Shown piece after piece: positions 1 to 13,400 of a stretch of 64,000 bases of DNA. Location of the stretch: the sequence record OP380604.1, one strand, 5' to 3'. The first letter of the stretch is position 1. Each line of letters begins with the position of its first letter. Below the pieces are notes generated by a model. The model worked only from the letters and a program-made list of their open reading frames with translations, had not been told where the DNA came from and did not search any database. The position numbers and the translations under genes were made by a program.

Positions 1-23
1 GGGGCGTTTCCACCCCTCATTGA

Positions 24-2063
24 TTACTGTTGAAAACTACCAACGAGTTCATCGAAATCTGCACCGGTGCTAGTGGCAACGAACGACAGAGTGATATAGT
101 TGATAGAACGTGCTGGCTTGATCAGAATAGTAGCCACAAACTCGTTACGATCAATGATCGCAGGAGTGTTATTGCTTTCGTCACAAACAACGCGGAAATC
201 ATAAATACCGCCCAACGAACGAATGGTATCCAGATAAGATCCAACTTCCGAACGGAAACTAGAGCGTGTGAATGCGTCGTTCAATTCGAACAGTTTATAT
301 TTCGCGCTTTCGCTGATTGACTTTTTCAGCAAGTTAAACAGACGACGAACGTTTACACGATCAAACGGAGTCGGCGCTTGGCTTGCAGTCTTATCGCCGT
401 ACAGGATATATCCCTGTCCAGCAAAGCCAACGATTGGGTTAATACCGTTGGTATACATTTCATCGCGGTGTGCTTGACGGGTATCAACTGCTAGTTTAAT
501 AACGTTCACAATCTGTCCACGGTTAAATCCAGCAGGAGACTGCCATGGCTGTCCAACTGTATCGGTGCGAGCACACAGACCAGCAATATCAGCGGCAAGC
601 GGAATCCAACGGTTAACGTCATTATACTTGTCATATTGATATTTGTAGTTACCGTCAATGAAAGCATAAGTAGTGCCGATATTCATGTTATCATCAAGAG
701 AAATACCAGCTTGGTTAACACCACGTCTCCAGTCAACGAGTTTACGAACAACACTAGCCGCTGGCTGATTGATCATATATTCGCGAGGAGGAGAAATCAG
801 CACAAGACAATCGCGACGCTCGTCCGCAATAGCGACAACTGCCTTTTGAACAGTAGACGCGATTTTAGCTCCTTCTCCCGCAACTGCACCAGCGATAAAC
901 AAGTTAACGTCGGTGTGTTCGCGATCGGCAAACATATCCCAGCCCTTCATGAACTCAGCAGCAGTAATATCGGTATTAGCAGATTGTCCGCCACCTAGAG
1001 CAAGAACACCGGTATATCCAACAGGCCAAGACTCAGAAACGCCTTGTACGAATGCACTATATCCGTTGCCGAAATATTCGTCAATGAAGATACTTGTTCC
1101 GTAAATATCACGATCCCCTGGTTTGGTACTCAGAACTTTAGACTCAACAGCAACGCCGTTATTGAAAACAATGAAAGCAAACTGATTTTCATTCTGCGGA
1201 CCAAATTCCAGATAAGAACTAGGAGTTACGTTGCCGTAATCAAGTCCAGACGGGAATACTTTCGGATTAATAGTGTTAACGCTAACGATTTTACCCGCTT
1301 CGTTGAACTTGTAATAATCCTTATACGCAATCAACAACACTTTGATATTATCTCCGTATGTACCGGCATAACGAGCGGCAATAGCTGGAACTTTCATTTC
1401 TTCGCAAATATCAATGAAAGTGCGTTTAGTTTCGCTACGCTCAGAAATAGCAGACATTGCATATTCATCGTTAGGAACGAAAATTGTAGAGTCCAGATTG
1501 ATTCCAACGACGGTAGCAGTCGCAGCTTGTCCAGAACCAGGACCACCGGCAGCAAATTGAATTTGCCACGCATTATCAAGTGCAGGATAATCGTTAATCG
1601 CTTTTGCTCGGGTGATAATAGCAGCAGTTGGAACATAAAAAGCGACAATGCCGCCAGATGAACTAACTACGGTAACTTTACCACTCGCAATAACGTTTCC
1701 GCCTTGCAATACGTTTACCACATCACCGACTTTGTAATCAACGCCAGGAGAAGTGATTGTATAACTCAGACTCTCATACAGAGCAGAGGAGTTACGGCTC
1801 TTTGTTTCATTCAGAACACGGACAAGACGCAGATCGTTGCCGTAATTCAAGAAGTTGACTCCGCTAAAGAAACTATCAGCGGTTTGATCGTCGGGGCGAC
1901 CAAATTTATCTACCAAATCAACTTCTGAGACTACTTGGGAAATTTGATAAGCAGGACCCCAGTTGAACTTCCCTACAAGCGCGGCGCGCCCAGTAGAAGA
2001 ACGTGCAATAGTGGTCTGCAAATTAATCTCTTTAGTCTCTACACCCGGAGAAAGTAATGCCAT
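24..2063 (-). CDS. gp18: tail sheath protein
   Basis: 679 aa; MALLSPGVETKE N-terminus, GKFNWGPA, C-terminal FDRVNVRRLF...IKPARSINYITLSFVA typical of T4 gp18. Confidence 0.97.
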   Translation of the reverse strand: MALLSPGVETKEINLQTTIARSSTGRAALVGKFNWGPAYQISQVVSEVDLVDKFGRPDDQTADSFFSGVNFLNYGNDLRLVRVLNETKSRNSSALYESLSYTITSPGVDYKVGDVVNVLQGGNVIASGKVTVVSSSGGIVAFYVPTAAIITRAKAINDYPALDNAWQIQFAAGGPGSGQAATATVVGINLDSTIFVPNDEYAMSAISERSETKRTFIDICEEMKVPAIAARYAGTYGDNIKVLLIAYKDYYKFNEAGKIVSVNTINPKVFPSGLDYGNVTPSSYLEFGPQNENQFAFIVFNNGVAVESKVLSTKPGDRDIYGTSIFIDEYFGNGYSAFVQGVSESWPVGYTGVLALGGGQSANTDITAAEFMKGWDMFADREHTDVNLFIAGAVAGEGAKIASTVQKAVVAIADERRDCLVLISPPREYMINQPAASVVRKLVDWRRGVNQAGISLDDNMNIGTTYAFIDGNYKYQYDKYNDVNRWIPLAADIAGLCARTDTVGQPWQSPAGFNRGQIVNVIKLAVDTRQAHRDEMYTNGINPIVGFAGQGYILYGDKTASQAPTPFDRVNVRRLFNLLKKSISESAKYKLFELNDAFTRSSFRSEVGSYLDTIRSLGGIYDFRVVCDESNNTPAIIDRNEFVATILIKPARSINYITLSFVATSTGADFDELVGSFQQ

Positions 2064-2072
2064 TTGTTTTCC

Positions 2073-4468
<2,396 letters not shown>

Positions 4469-4476
<8 letters not shown>

Positions 4477-5299
4477 TGTGTTTTAATCCTCTCGGTCCCG
4501 GTTTAGTAGGCTCTTTTGGAATAGGAATATTCTCGCTTGTTGTCTGAATATATTTACCGTCCCAATTTTCTTTTGTGGCAGTTCTTGGGTCCACTTCAAA
4601 GTCAACGGATTCAAAATTTTCTTCGCTCGTTTTCAACTCAGTCTTGTTAGAATAGAAATCAAGATAGATTGTCTTAATTTCGCCCTTCAAGTTCGCAATT
4701 GGAGGATATAGCCAGCCGTCAAGTTCAAACGTAATATCCCACTGAATACGACGACGCTCGGTAGACGCACCTTCAAGATCTTCTGAAATAGAAATTCCTT
4801 GTATTGTGATCTGAATATCGCGATCAACCGGCGTTAAACTGTCGTGAAGTTCCGTGATCTTGGTAGTAAAGTTGGGTTGAAAATATGGCAATATTTGTTC
4901 AACAATTTGAAACATATCATCCTCAAATCGGGTAGCGATTGACAAGCCGAAAAGATACTTGTATGGTACCGGATTATTACGAGACACAGAAGCACCCGCA
5001 CCAAGCGATTGTGATCTGACGTTGACACCAGTCTTGAACATAGGGTTATATATCATGTCAAGCAGTTCCAAGTTCATACGTGGTAGAATCGTCTCGATGC
5101 GAGCAACTCCGTGTTCGTCAATGTTACTGTTAACGCTGTTGAGCTTCATAGTGAATCGCTCTTTACTAGCGTATGTGATCGGCACTTTCTGATACGAAAC
5201 TTTGCCGTCTCGTTCACGCGCTACCTGTACACCGTTGAACAGTTGTCCCATTAGAACAATGTAGCGTCTTGAAATACTGTTGTAAAAATACCCAAACAT
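4469..5299 (-). CDS. gp15: tail terminator / sheath stabilizer
   Basis: MFGYFYNSISRRYIVLMGQLFN, VPITYASKERF, EQILPYFQPNF. Confidence 0.95.
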
Positions 5300-5318
5300 T
5301 GGTATCCTCCTTTACTTG

Positions 5319-5326
5319 TATTTAGT
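5319..5326 (-). promoter_or_regulatory. T4-type late promoter (ACTAAATA) for gp15
   Basis: TATAAATA-like octamer about 20 nt upstream of the gp15 start and AGGAGG SD. Confidence 0.6.
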
Positions 5327-5462
5327 CGCAGACTGCGGCGCAGCCGCTAAAAAGACAAAATAAAATCTCTTATATATCTTTAATGAGAATCTATTTTATC
5401 TTCTTCAATAAAATCAATAAGTTAGCTTCGCAGTCGCTGGCGCGACTTTCTGGAAGAGTATA
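5324..5462 (-). repeat. dispersed ~130-bp palindromic repeat, copy A (inverted relative to B, C, D)
   Basis: reverse complement matches the 34029-34105 core with 3 mismatches plus flanking GC hairpins; 5428-5448 is the exact reverse complement of 63980-64000. Confidence 0.93.
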
Positions 5463-5466
5463 GATT

Positions 5467-6072
5467 ATGAACAGAATCGGTATGAAAATTGCTCATTTCA
5501 CTATCACACGTATAATTTGTGTTGACAACGCTAGGAACAAAGTGTATGCTTGTGTTTGTGAAGAGTGCTCAAAGAAAACATGGCTAGGTAATCCTGTGTT
5601 CCCTGGTACTTTTCAACAGATTGAACGACTCATGTGTTGGTGCAATCGACGCTACCCGTTCAACGCTCAACAAAAAGAAACATTGGTGCGTCGCAACTTG
5701 TCAAGCACAAAGTTTAAACTTCATATGCCGCCTTCTCCAAAAGAAGAGTGGCACAGGGAAAGCCAAATTGCTTTGACTTGCGAGCACGGTCACACCTTCT
5801 ATGAGAAGGTAGGTAAGGTCATGTTCGACGCACCAATTTGCACTGTATGCGCTGGTATACAAAATAAAAAGCCAAAGCATCTTGCTGTTCAGATCACCAG
5901 TGAGTATGCAAAGAAACACGGCTACGCTATTCGTCAAGTCTCCGGTTGGGCCGGCAACAGCACACAATATCAGGTAACTTGCAAGCAACACGGTAGTTTT
6001 GATCTCTCGTTGCGTCGAATAAAATCCGACGCGATTTGCGAAATGTGTTCCACATACAAAAAGAGCCCATAA
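5467..6072 (+). CDS. zinc-ribbon repeat protein (homing-endonuclease-type DNA-binding modules, no evident nuclease)
   Basis: CEHGHTF..CTVC, CKQHGSF..CEMC, CEEC motifs; opposite strand to the flanking late genes. Confidence 0.65.
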   Translation: MNRIGMKIAHFTITRIICVDNARNKVYACVCEECSKKTWLGNPVFPGTFQQIERLMCWCNRRYPFNAQQKETLVRRNLSSTKFKLHMPPSPKEEWHRESQIALTCEHGHTFYEKVGKVMFDAPICTVCAGIQNKKPKHLAVQITSEYAKKHGYAIRQVSGWAGNSTQYQVTCKQHGSFDLSLRRIKSDAICEMCSTYKKSP

Positions 6073-6081
6073 CGGGCTCTT
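6061..6081. terminator. hairpin / convergent terminator
   Basis: AAGAGCCC-ATAAC-GGGCTCTT between convergent ORFs. Confidence 0.6.
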
Positions 6082-6083
6082 AC

Positions 6084-6872
6084 TTAAAACGATTCGAGAT
6101 CATCGAATGCACTAACAGGAACAGGCTTAGTAAGCTTGTGCTCTGCTATTGGCGCACCGTTTCCGATAATGTTGTCAAACTCAACAACAAAATCTTCCGC
6201 CTCTTCGTTGAATGCGTCATCTTCTGCAAACTCGTCCACTGAGATATCCGCGCGTCCGTCAAGTGCCTTGATCTGAGATAGCGGGTCATCGTCTCCGAGC
6301 ACATAGCGATTTGGATCAAACTCAGGCTTGATTTCCTCACCACTGTAAATGAATTTCTGTGCCGTTACTTTATATTTGGCAAGTTGTTCGCGTTTTATAA
6401 CAGGCGAACTGGGCTCTACCCAAGTAACTTCAAACAGGCTGTTATTCAGTGGGAAATAAATCAGATCTCCTTCCTTAACTCGCTGTCCGTCTGCTTGGAT
6501 CTCAAACAGCTTAGGACTAACAGACAATGTGATTTCGTCATTGACTTGCATACCGAATTTCGAAAAGAAATCCCTCTGTCCACTATATTCATCGAAACTC
6601 TCCAAATACATCGCGACTTTATATGCTTTCTTAAACTTAGATTGCATATCTTCGCCAAAGATTCGGTCAAAGTTCACGAACTCACGACGAATATAATACA
6701 TTTCAACACCAGTCATCTGAATAGATTCAGCAACAAGCATTTCATGCAATGAAAGAGTCGGCTCGTATTCGTGTTTATTCACATACGGATTTAATACTTC
6801 GTTTTGATAAGTCTTACTGTACCCAGCTCCCGTTTCGAGCTGGGCGAACATGCTTTGATTACGTGCAAACAT
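6084..6872 (-). CDS. gp14: neck protein
   Basis: NPYVNKH, LVAESIQMTGVEMYYIRRE, FFSKFGMQVNDE, EGDLIYFP. Confidence 0.95.
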   Translation of the reverse strand: MFARNQSMFAQLETGAGYSKTYQNEVLNPYVNKHEYEPTLSLHEMLVAESIQMTGVEMYYIRREFVNFDRIFGEDMQSKFKKAYKVAMYLESFDEYSGQRDFFSKFGMQVNDEITLSVSPKLFEIQADGQRVKEGDLIYFPLNNSLFEVTWVEPSSPVIKREQLAKYKVTAQKFIYSGEEIKPEFDPNRYVLGDDDPLSQIKALDGRADISVDEFAEDDAFNEEAEDFVVEFDNIIGNGAPIAEHKLTKPVPVSAFDDLESF

Positions 6873-6875
6873 CAG

Positions 6876-7796
6876 TTACCCCATAATAATGGGAAGCGGC
6901 TCCTCCAAAAGCATTAGCTCTTGGCGCAACACTTCTTTTTCTTGTCTGGCCTCTTCAATCAGTCTAGTGCCGTCAACTGTAACGCCACCAGGCAATGACA
7001 TACCTTGATGTTTCGCTAATATTTCACCCCAAATCTCTTTGGTGAGCGTTGTAGCGTAATCCTTGAGCCATCTATTGTTGAACACACCCTGATCCGGGAA
7101 TTCGCTCCTAGCTCGTCCAGCGACGTTTGCTGGCATTCTAGCGTATGGATTCATCCACTTATCTCTGTTATCAGCAGACGTTGGGCCACCCGCAACGATT
7201 CCAGCACCGGCGATACCACGAACAGATCTTTCAAGCTCGACAAAGTTCTGAATGTGAACTTCCATGATAATAATATCGTTCTCTCTAAAGTTTCCTGTTA
7301 GTTGAACAACACCGTTAACTGGGTCGAGCCAATAATCCGGAAGAGGATCAAGCTGATCCATCATCAAATTCTGATAGCTCTGGAATTGTGCAAAGAATCC
7401 AATATTACCAAGTGCTCCGAAAGGACCATGATAACTAATGCCCTGTGGACCGCCACCAAGCGTAGTCAAAAAGTCGGTGAAAAAGTTTAGCGTAGCTCCA
7501 CCGCCTAATCCGCCCCATAGAGTTGATTTGTGACGAATGATTTTTGTGATTGCAAAAATTGGATAAGCAGAAATGTCAATATAGCCGGTTGCTGCTTGTT
7601 CTTGATTCAGTTTAACACTCAGATAGGCTTTATTCAAGCCGTCGTGGTGATATTCTTTGTACAATTCAAGTGCGCGTCCAATACAATCATAGATATGATC
7701 CTCTGTTACTTCCACTTGAATTACGGGAGCGCCAAGACGTCTCAAAATAAGATCTTTAAGCTCTCTTGGGTTCCTAACAAAATTATTTGACATCAT
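6876..7796 (-). CDS. gp13: neck protein
   Basis: NPRELKDLILRRLGAPVIQVEVT, WLKDYATTLTK, LPGGVTVDG. Confidence 0.95.
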   Translation of the reverse strand: MMSNNFVRNPRELKDLILRRLGAPVIQVEVTEDHIYDCIGRALELYKEYHHDGLNKAYLSVKLNQEQAATGYIDISAYPIFAITKIIRHKSTLWGGLGGGATLNFFTDFLTTLGGGPQGISYHGPFGALGNIGFFAQFQSYQNLMMDQLDPLPDYWLDPVNGVVQLTGNFRENDIIIMEVHIQNFVELERSVRGIAGAGIVAGGPTSADNRDKWMNPYARMPANVAGRARSEFPDQGVFNNRWLKDYATTLTKEIWGEILAKHQGMSLPGGVTVDGTRLIEEARQEKEVLRQELMLLEEPLPIIMG

Positions 7797-7811
7797 CTCG
7801 GCTAATCTCCT

Positions 7812-8009
7812 TTATTCTTTTCCTGGGTGTGCAATTGGCGCGGCGAACGGATCTTTAGCAACTTCAACGCGCTTTTCAATTGCATCAACGTCTTCTGAGC
7901 CAAAGTTATTATCGATACGCTTTTCCAGAATCTTTACTAACTGCTTTAGCATCTGCAACAGCACTTCGGTGCCAACTCGCTTGAGCATAAACAAAATAAT
8001 TGCTTGCAT
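7812..8009 (-). CDS. hypothetical protein (65 aa)
   Basis: co-oriented ORF with AAGGA SD in the late operon. Confidence 0.65.
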   Translation of the reverse strand: MQAIILFMLKRVGTEVLLQMLKQLVKILEKRIDNNFGSEDVDAIEKRVEVAKDPFAAPIAHPGKE

Positions 8010-8018
8010 TTTTAATCC

Positions 8019-8183
8019 TTAGCCTTTCAGCTTTAAGTTTGTTGTTTGGCTGTTTACCGGTTGGTATTTGCCGTTTACTTTAATATAGGCAGTTCCCGTC
8101 TTGTATTGTCCGTTTATTTTGAGACGCACTTCACAAGGCGTATTTGTGTTATTTATCTTGATAAACAAAAATCTTCCCTCCAT
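8019..8183 (-). CDS. small putative fibre-cap protein (54 aa)
   Basis: read manually: MEGRFLFIKINNTNTPCEVRLKINGQYKTGTAYIKVNGKYQPVNSQTTNLKLKG; fills the gap in the operon. Confidence 0.6.
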   Translation of the reverse strand: MEGRFLFIKINNTNTPCEVRLKINGQYKTGTAYIKVNGKYQPVNSQTTNLKLKG

Positions 8184-8210
8184 ATAACGGCGAGTTTCCC
8201 CGCCGTTCGA

Positions 8211-8816
8211 TTAATATTTGATGTATAGGTGTCCGTCTGGATATCCGTCGTTGTCATTTGGATCAGCGGTACCATAGGTATACACTGAGTTCATGTGTAT
8301 GACGAAATAATCCTTAAACAATCCCGTGTCGATCAAACGATAATCCGACCAATCATTATTTCCCGGCAAACTTTCGCGTCTAACAGTTATTTCATGATTG
8401 GATCCCTGAATCAAAGTCAATGAGGATTTATCGTCTCCGATAGTTACCTTGTTGTCATTCCCGAGTTTAATAAGACTCTTTCTTTCGCCTTCTGTGCTAA
8501 GTGCATTATAGCCGATGTTGTTCGGAACGGTAATGTTTTTCACTACCATACCAGACACATCCGCTTCAATCACGGGCTTAACACTTTTTGGTCCAAGATA
8601 GAAAGATTTGCCGTCTTGCGTTAACTCTATGACGTTTTTTACTCCGTCATTTGTTTCTGCATGAACTGTAAATCCACTGGGAATAACAATTTTGTTGTTT
8701 GAGTCTGCAAACAATAGAACGGCTTTCTTATTGCTGCCGTTCTGGATTATTTGTCCGAACTCGTTTCCAACATATTCATCGACTTTGGGTAGGTCGGAAA
8801 TTTTAATTGTAGGCAT
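8211..8816 (-). CDS. putative whisker/collar accessory fibre protein (201 aa)
   Basis: MPTIKISDLP N-terminus and TADPNDNDGYPDGHLYIKY C-terminus, both common in phage fibre proteins. Confidence 0.6.
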   Translation of the reverse strand: MPTIKISDLPKVDEYVGNEFGQIIQNGSNKKAVLLFADSNNKIVIPSGFTVHAETNDGVKNVIELTQDGKSFYLGPKSVKPVIEADVSGMVVKNITVPNNIGYNALSTEGERKSLIKLGNDNKVTIGDDKSSLTLIQGSNHEITVRRESLPGNNDWSDYRLIDTGLFKDYFVIHMNSVYTYGTADPNDNDGYPDGHLYIKY

Positions 8817-8825
8817 ATAGCCTCC

Positions 8826-10430
8826 TTAGGGCTTTTGGGTTTCGATTAACTTATCGTCCTCAGTACCCAACTGATCTCCCTTTTCGTCCTGGATCAATCG
8901 TCTAGGAGTAGGGAACTCGGAGATTTTTGTTTTTATTGTACTCACACTTCCGAATCGATTCTTATAAACTGCTTGATAAACAAGACTATAATCATAAGTA
9001 TCAGAAACAATAACACTTAGATTATTCGAGTTCGAATTCTCGATTGCTCCGTATTGAGTTCTCCATTCTATTGTGTCGTAATTGCTTCCGGATGATTTAA
9101 GCTCTACCGTCATACCAGATGTTCCGATATATTCAGAATCAGGTTGAACTGTAATCTTAGGCAGCAATGCGCCGAGCCACTCGTATTTCGTATCGTCTGA
9201 CCCAAAATCAACAGTCAACATATCAGGACTAGGAGTTTCACTCGAAATATTTCCCGTTCCTTCTTCGATGTTGAAAATATGGTTTCTTCCGTTTACGAAC
9301 ATACCGAATTGCTCAACTATGACTCCTTTAATAGGATACTGCTTACTACCGAACACAAAATTAGTAGCAGCAACAACCGAAGTTGTGTCTGGAATTCTAG
9401 CTATTAAATCTCCGTTTGCGTGTAATCTAATATTTCTAATGTATCCACCAGAAACATCATACCAGATTCCTGCACCAAATACCTGATTCTTCGGAATAGG
9501 AGTTATAATAGGTACTTCATGTGTAATAACGTTTTCTGCCATAACAAACAGCGTATTTTTAACGATATCAACTCCGATTCCGGAGGTCGAAATATCGTTA
9601 TTATATCCAATGATCATTATGCGATCCGATACATCATCAAGCAACTGAACACTAGACTCCAAATGATTTGTTCCTGCGATTGGAGGAAGCGTTTTATTCA
9701 GCTTCATGTATGTGTCTTTCATGATAATCGCATTGTAGTTGGCATCAACTGGAGTAGGCTGGTAAGCAAGCATAACACTCGACTTAGTTACCATGGGCTG
9801 ACTAACTTGGATTTCTCCACTGTCGTTGTAATCAACTCCAACACCGATATTAAACTGCACCAAACAATCTTTTAATGCTTTGAAAGTTGATTGCACTCTC
9901 ATACCTGCTTTCAATTCAGGAACAGTAGGAAACTGTGTAATGAACTGAATATATTCTTTCTGTTTATCAGATGAAACTCCGTCAACGTAGATATCAAATG
10001 ACTTTCTTCCTACTTGAAGATTAATAGAATGAACAAAAGCACTTGCGTTATACGTTTCACCAGCTTTAAGATAAATTCTAGTTCTAAAGAACATTCGACT
10101 TGTTGCCGCTTTGAATGTATACGCTCGGCTATATTCGTCCTCGCGATTCGAATAGAACGCATACGCATTTCCACCAACTTGAGGAGCATTAGAAAATGCG
10201 CTCCAGCCCGGTGGTGTAAATCCGATTACTCTTCCGTCCGCATACGTGAAATAATCTGTTCCGTTCAATAAACGGCTATTGATTAGCAAGTTTTCATCTT
10301 TTGGATCATAAGTTCTACGCCATGCTCCACCAGAATAAACCCAAGCAACGGCATTTCTCCAATATCCGTTATAAATTTTGGGGGCTGCATTATGCAGCAC
10401 CCCATTTTGATCAGCAATTCTAATTGGCAT
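8826..10430 (-). CDS. putative whisker-associated structural protein (beta-rich, Ig-like C-terminal region)
   Basis: 534 aa directly after wac; N-terminal AWVYSGGAWRR motif, C-terminal LIQDEKGDQLGTEDDKLIET motif. Confidence 0.6.
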   Translation of the reverse strand: MPIRIADQNGVLHNAAPKIYNGYWRNAVAWVYSGGAWRRTYDPKDENLLINSRLLNGTDYFTYADGRVIGFTPPGWSAFSNAPQVGGNAYAFYSNREDEYSRAYTFKAATSRMFFRTRIYLKAGETYNASAFVHSINLQVGRKSFDIYVDGVSSDKQKEYIQFITQFPTVPELKAGMRVQSTFKALKDCLVQFNIGVGVDYNDSGEIQVSQPMVTKSSVMLAYQPTPVDANYNAIIMKDTYMKLNKTLPPIAGTNHLESSVQLLDDVSDRIMIIGYNNDISTSGIGVDIVKNTLFVMAENVITHEVPIITPIPKNQVFGAGIWYDVSGGYIRNIRLHANGDLIARIPDTTSVVAATNFVFGSKQYPIKGVIVEQFGMFVNGRNHIFNIEEGTGNISSETPSPDMLTVDFGSDDTKYEWLGALLPKITVQPDSEYIGTSGMTVELKSSGSNYDTIEWRTQYGAIENSNSNNLSVIVSDTYDYSLVYQAVYKNRFGSVSTIKTKISEFPTPRRLIQDEKGDQLGTEDDKLIETQKP

Positions 10431-10440
10431 CTTTAGTTCC

Positions 10441-13400
10441 TTAGTTTACGAACTCAAAGAATACGTCACCTTCTGTTGGATTAGCCGGTGCGTTTGTAGC
10501 AAAGTCACCATAATAGTAACTCTGTACCCACTGACCGTTTCTACGAGAATAACGAATGTCGTTGCTAGGAACATCAAATGCGGAAGTGATTACCGCGTTT
10601 CCGTTAACATATGCGTTGATGCAATTCATTTGCAATTCAACGTTTGTATCACCAACAACAACTTGACTATTTCCAGCGACGTTATCTTTTACCGCAATTA
10701 CGTTGATTTCAGCGCCTTTCAACATACCTTTAACGGAAGTAAATGAGTTATCAACTGGTTGTGCCAATTGAATATCCATTACTTTGCCTTCAATCTTGGT
10801 ATATTGATTGTTTTGTCCAAGATGAACAAGATAATCAGCACCAACCTGTTCGGTGAAGCCAATATTTACGTTCTTAGACTTGTACGCTCCTGACGTATTT
10901 ACATCAGCGTTGGGGTCAATACCGTTGAACACTTCTGTCCAGTTGCCGTTACGACGGGCATAGTATTTTTGATCGCTAGGCGCATCGATACCGTCATGCC
11001 ATACTTTGTAAGAACTGTTATTGAAATCAACAAGCGGCTGTTTACCGAAATAAACTGCGGTGTTTTCATCACCAAGAACAATATCGTTTTCAAAGTCAAC
11101 TTTAACGATTGTACGAATTTCATCGGAAGTAGTCAGTCCCAACAATGCTTGCTCATTGCCCATTGTAAAGCTCTGAACTCTACCTTTGAATGTAATCGGA
11201 GATTTGCTGTTGTCGTATCCAATGCTAATAGCACCGGTTGCAAGAGGAGCAAATGCAGATACCAATCCATGGTCTGTCGTGTTGAAATTAATCGCAACGT
11301 TCGGACTCAGATTGATATTTTTTGAACCCAACGCTTCCCAAACAGAATTACCGTTTGTTGTTACGCGAACGTGAGGCAATCCGTTATTTGGGGCGTCATC
11401 AGCCAGTCCCTGTCCGTTTCCACCTGGGTTAAATGCTGTCCATGCTCCGTCTTTACGTGCGTAGAATGCACCGTCCTTTGGAGCGTCTAATCCGTCGTGC
11501 CACACTGTATACAGTGTGTTCGCTGAACCAGCAACGACTTTAACGGAACGAAGATCGTCGCCGAATGTTCTTAGTGCTGGACTTGCTTTAGTGTCACCAA
11601 CTTCAACATAATCTTTTGTAGCAAATACAGAAGCACCGACTTCATTAATAAGAACGTTCGCATCAGTATAACCGGTATAGTTTGCGCCAATTGCCAAACG
11701 AATTTTAGAAACTTCGCCAGCAAACTCAGTCAACATACCTTCGTCGGAAACGGTAACAGTTTTGTTCAGGAATCCCGACTTGATAACATTCTTGTTCCCA
11801 AGAGTTGTATCAGCAGTAATACCAACATCACGATTCAGCCTGAATCCAGTTCTAGGATCAATATCAGCAACATAATCCTTCAAGTTCAAAGAATGGATTA
11901 CTGTGCCAACGTTTGTACCAAATCTAACTACGAGCGAACTACCGGTATCGATTTTGAACTCGATTGGTTTATTGTTTCCAATAATGTGTTGAACATCACC
12001 AAACTTAATGACTTCTTGTGTTTTGAATTTAACACCAGGAATATCAATCTCATTCAATACTGTTCCTTTGATTTCAATCTCGGAGTTTTCTTGGCCGAAA
12101 ATTGTAACAGGAGCAAGTCCAGGTCTCAAATTGAAAGATACAGCGGATTGTCCGTCAAAGTTTCTCAGTGAACGATTTGATCCGATAACAAGATCGCTGT
12201 CAAACAGATTTCTCCATTCCCATTTATTGTCGATATAACGACGAACAAAAGACGCATCTACGTTTTGATCGGAAGTATCCAAAATAAATCCACTACCGGT
12301 TTTAAACGGAGTGTACATTTCGGTATACATACGCTGGTTAGTTGTTTTGATACCAAGCTTAACAATGTCAGAATCAGTATCTACTCCAGTTCCGTAAACG
12401 TCTGGATTAAGTTTAGCGACGTCTTCCTGTAGATCTCTAACGGCCGGAGTTGTCTCCAAGTTAACGAGATCCGTTACCGTTTTTACCATTCCTTCCAATC
12501 GACTTGCGTTATTCGCTTCTCTCAAATCAAGAGCGCGAACATCACCACGCAATCCGTCGGTAGGCTGAACACCAACAATAGATTCGAGTGTATCAAGACG
12601 CTGATCCGAACTAACATCAAAATCTTGTAGTGTTTTGATATCGGTAGTGTGTTTTGATACCGTATTAACGGTTGTGTTCAAGAGATTCTGATTTGCGCCA
12701 ACGTCACCACGAACGAGTTTGGTATATTCCCAAATGTTGTTTACTGTGATTTCTGTTCCGGCTTGATTCACATATTTGATCGGAAACTCAATCTTACCGG
12801 TGGCAGTATCATTATCACTCAATCTATCTTCGATATTAAGAGTTCGGGTTTCACCGTCTTTAATTCTTTGATATATTGTCTTATTGTTTTTGTCAGAAGA
12901 AGGACCAATTTCAGAACGAATATCACGAACGTTACGAATGAGAATATCAGGAGTATCTCCTTGCCAGAAACTTTCTAGGCTTTTAATTCTGTTTTCGTGC
13001 TGTACGGAACTCTCCCAGTTGCGCTCAACTTGACCCTTTACTCCCAAACCGGGAGCATTTACATCTGGATTACCGTCCTGATCGAAACCCTTGTAGTTAC
13101 CAAGCATCTTCTTGATATTAACGATTTGCGGGTCAACTGTGTCGGTAATACGCTTGTTGATTGCTTCCGTCTTTGCAACGTGCTCGATTTCATCGTCTTC
13201 AATTCGTTTCAATCTATCTTGATGTGTCTTGTTGACGATTTCTACCGCAGTCATTCGATCATATAGGTTTGTTCCGTCTCCCTGTGCATTCAGAATGCGA
13301 TCATGGGTTTCTGCCAAATCGATAACTTTGCTCAACGAGTCTTTTGTTTTATTCAATTCAACGTTAATAGCGTTAACGTTTTTCTGCACCTTAACCGAAG

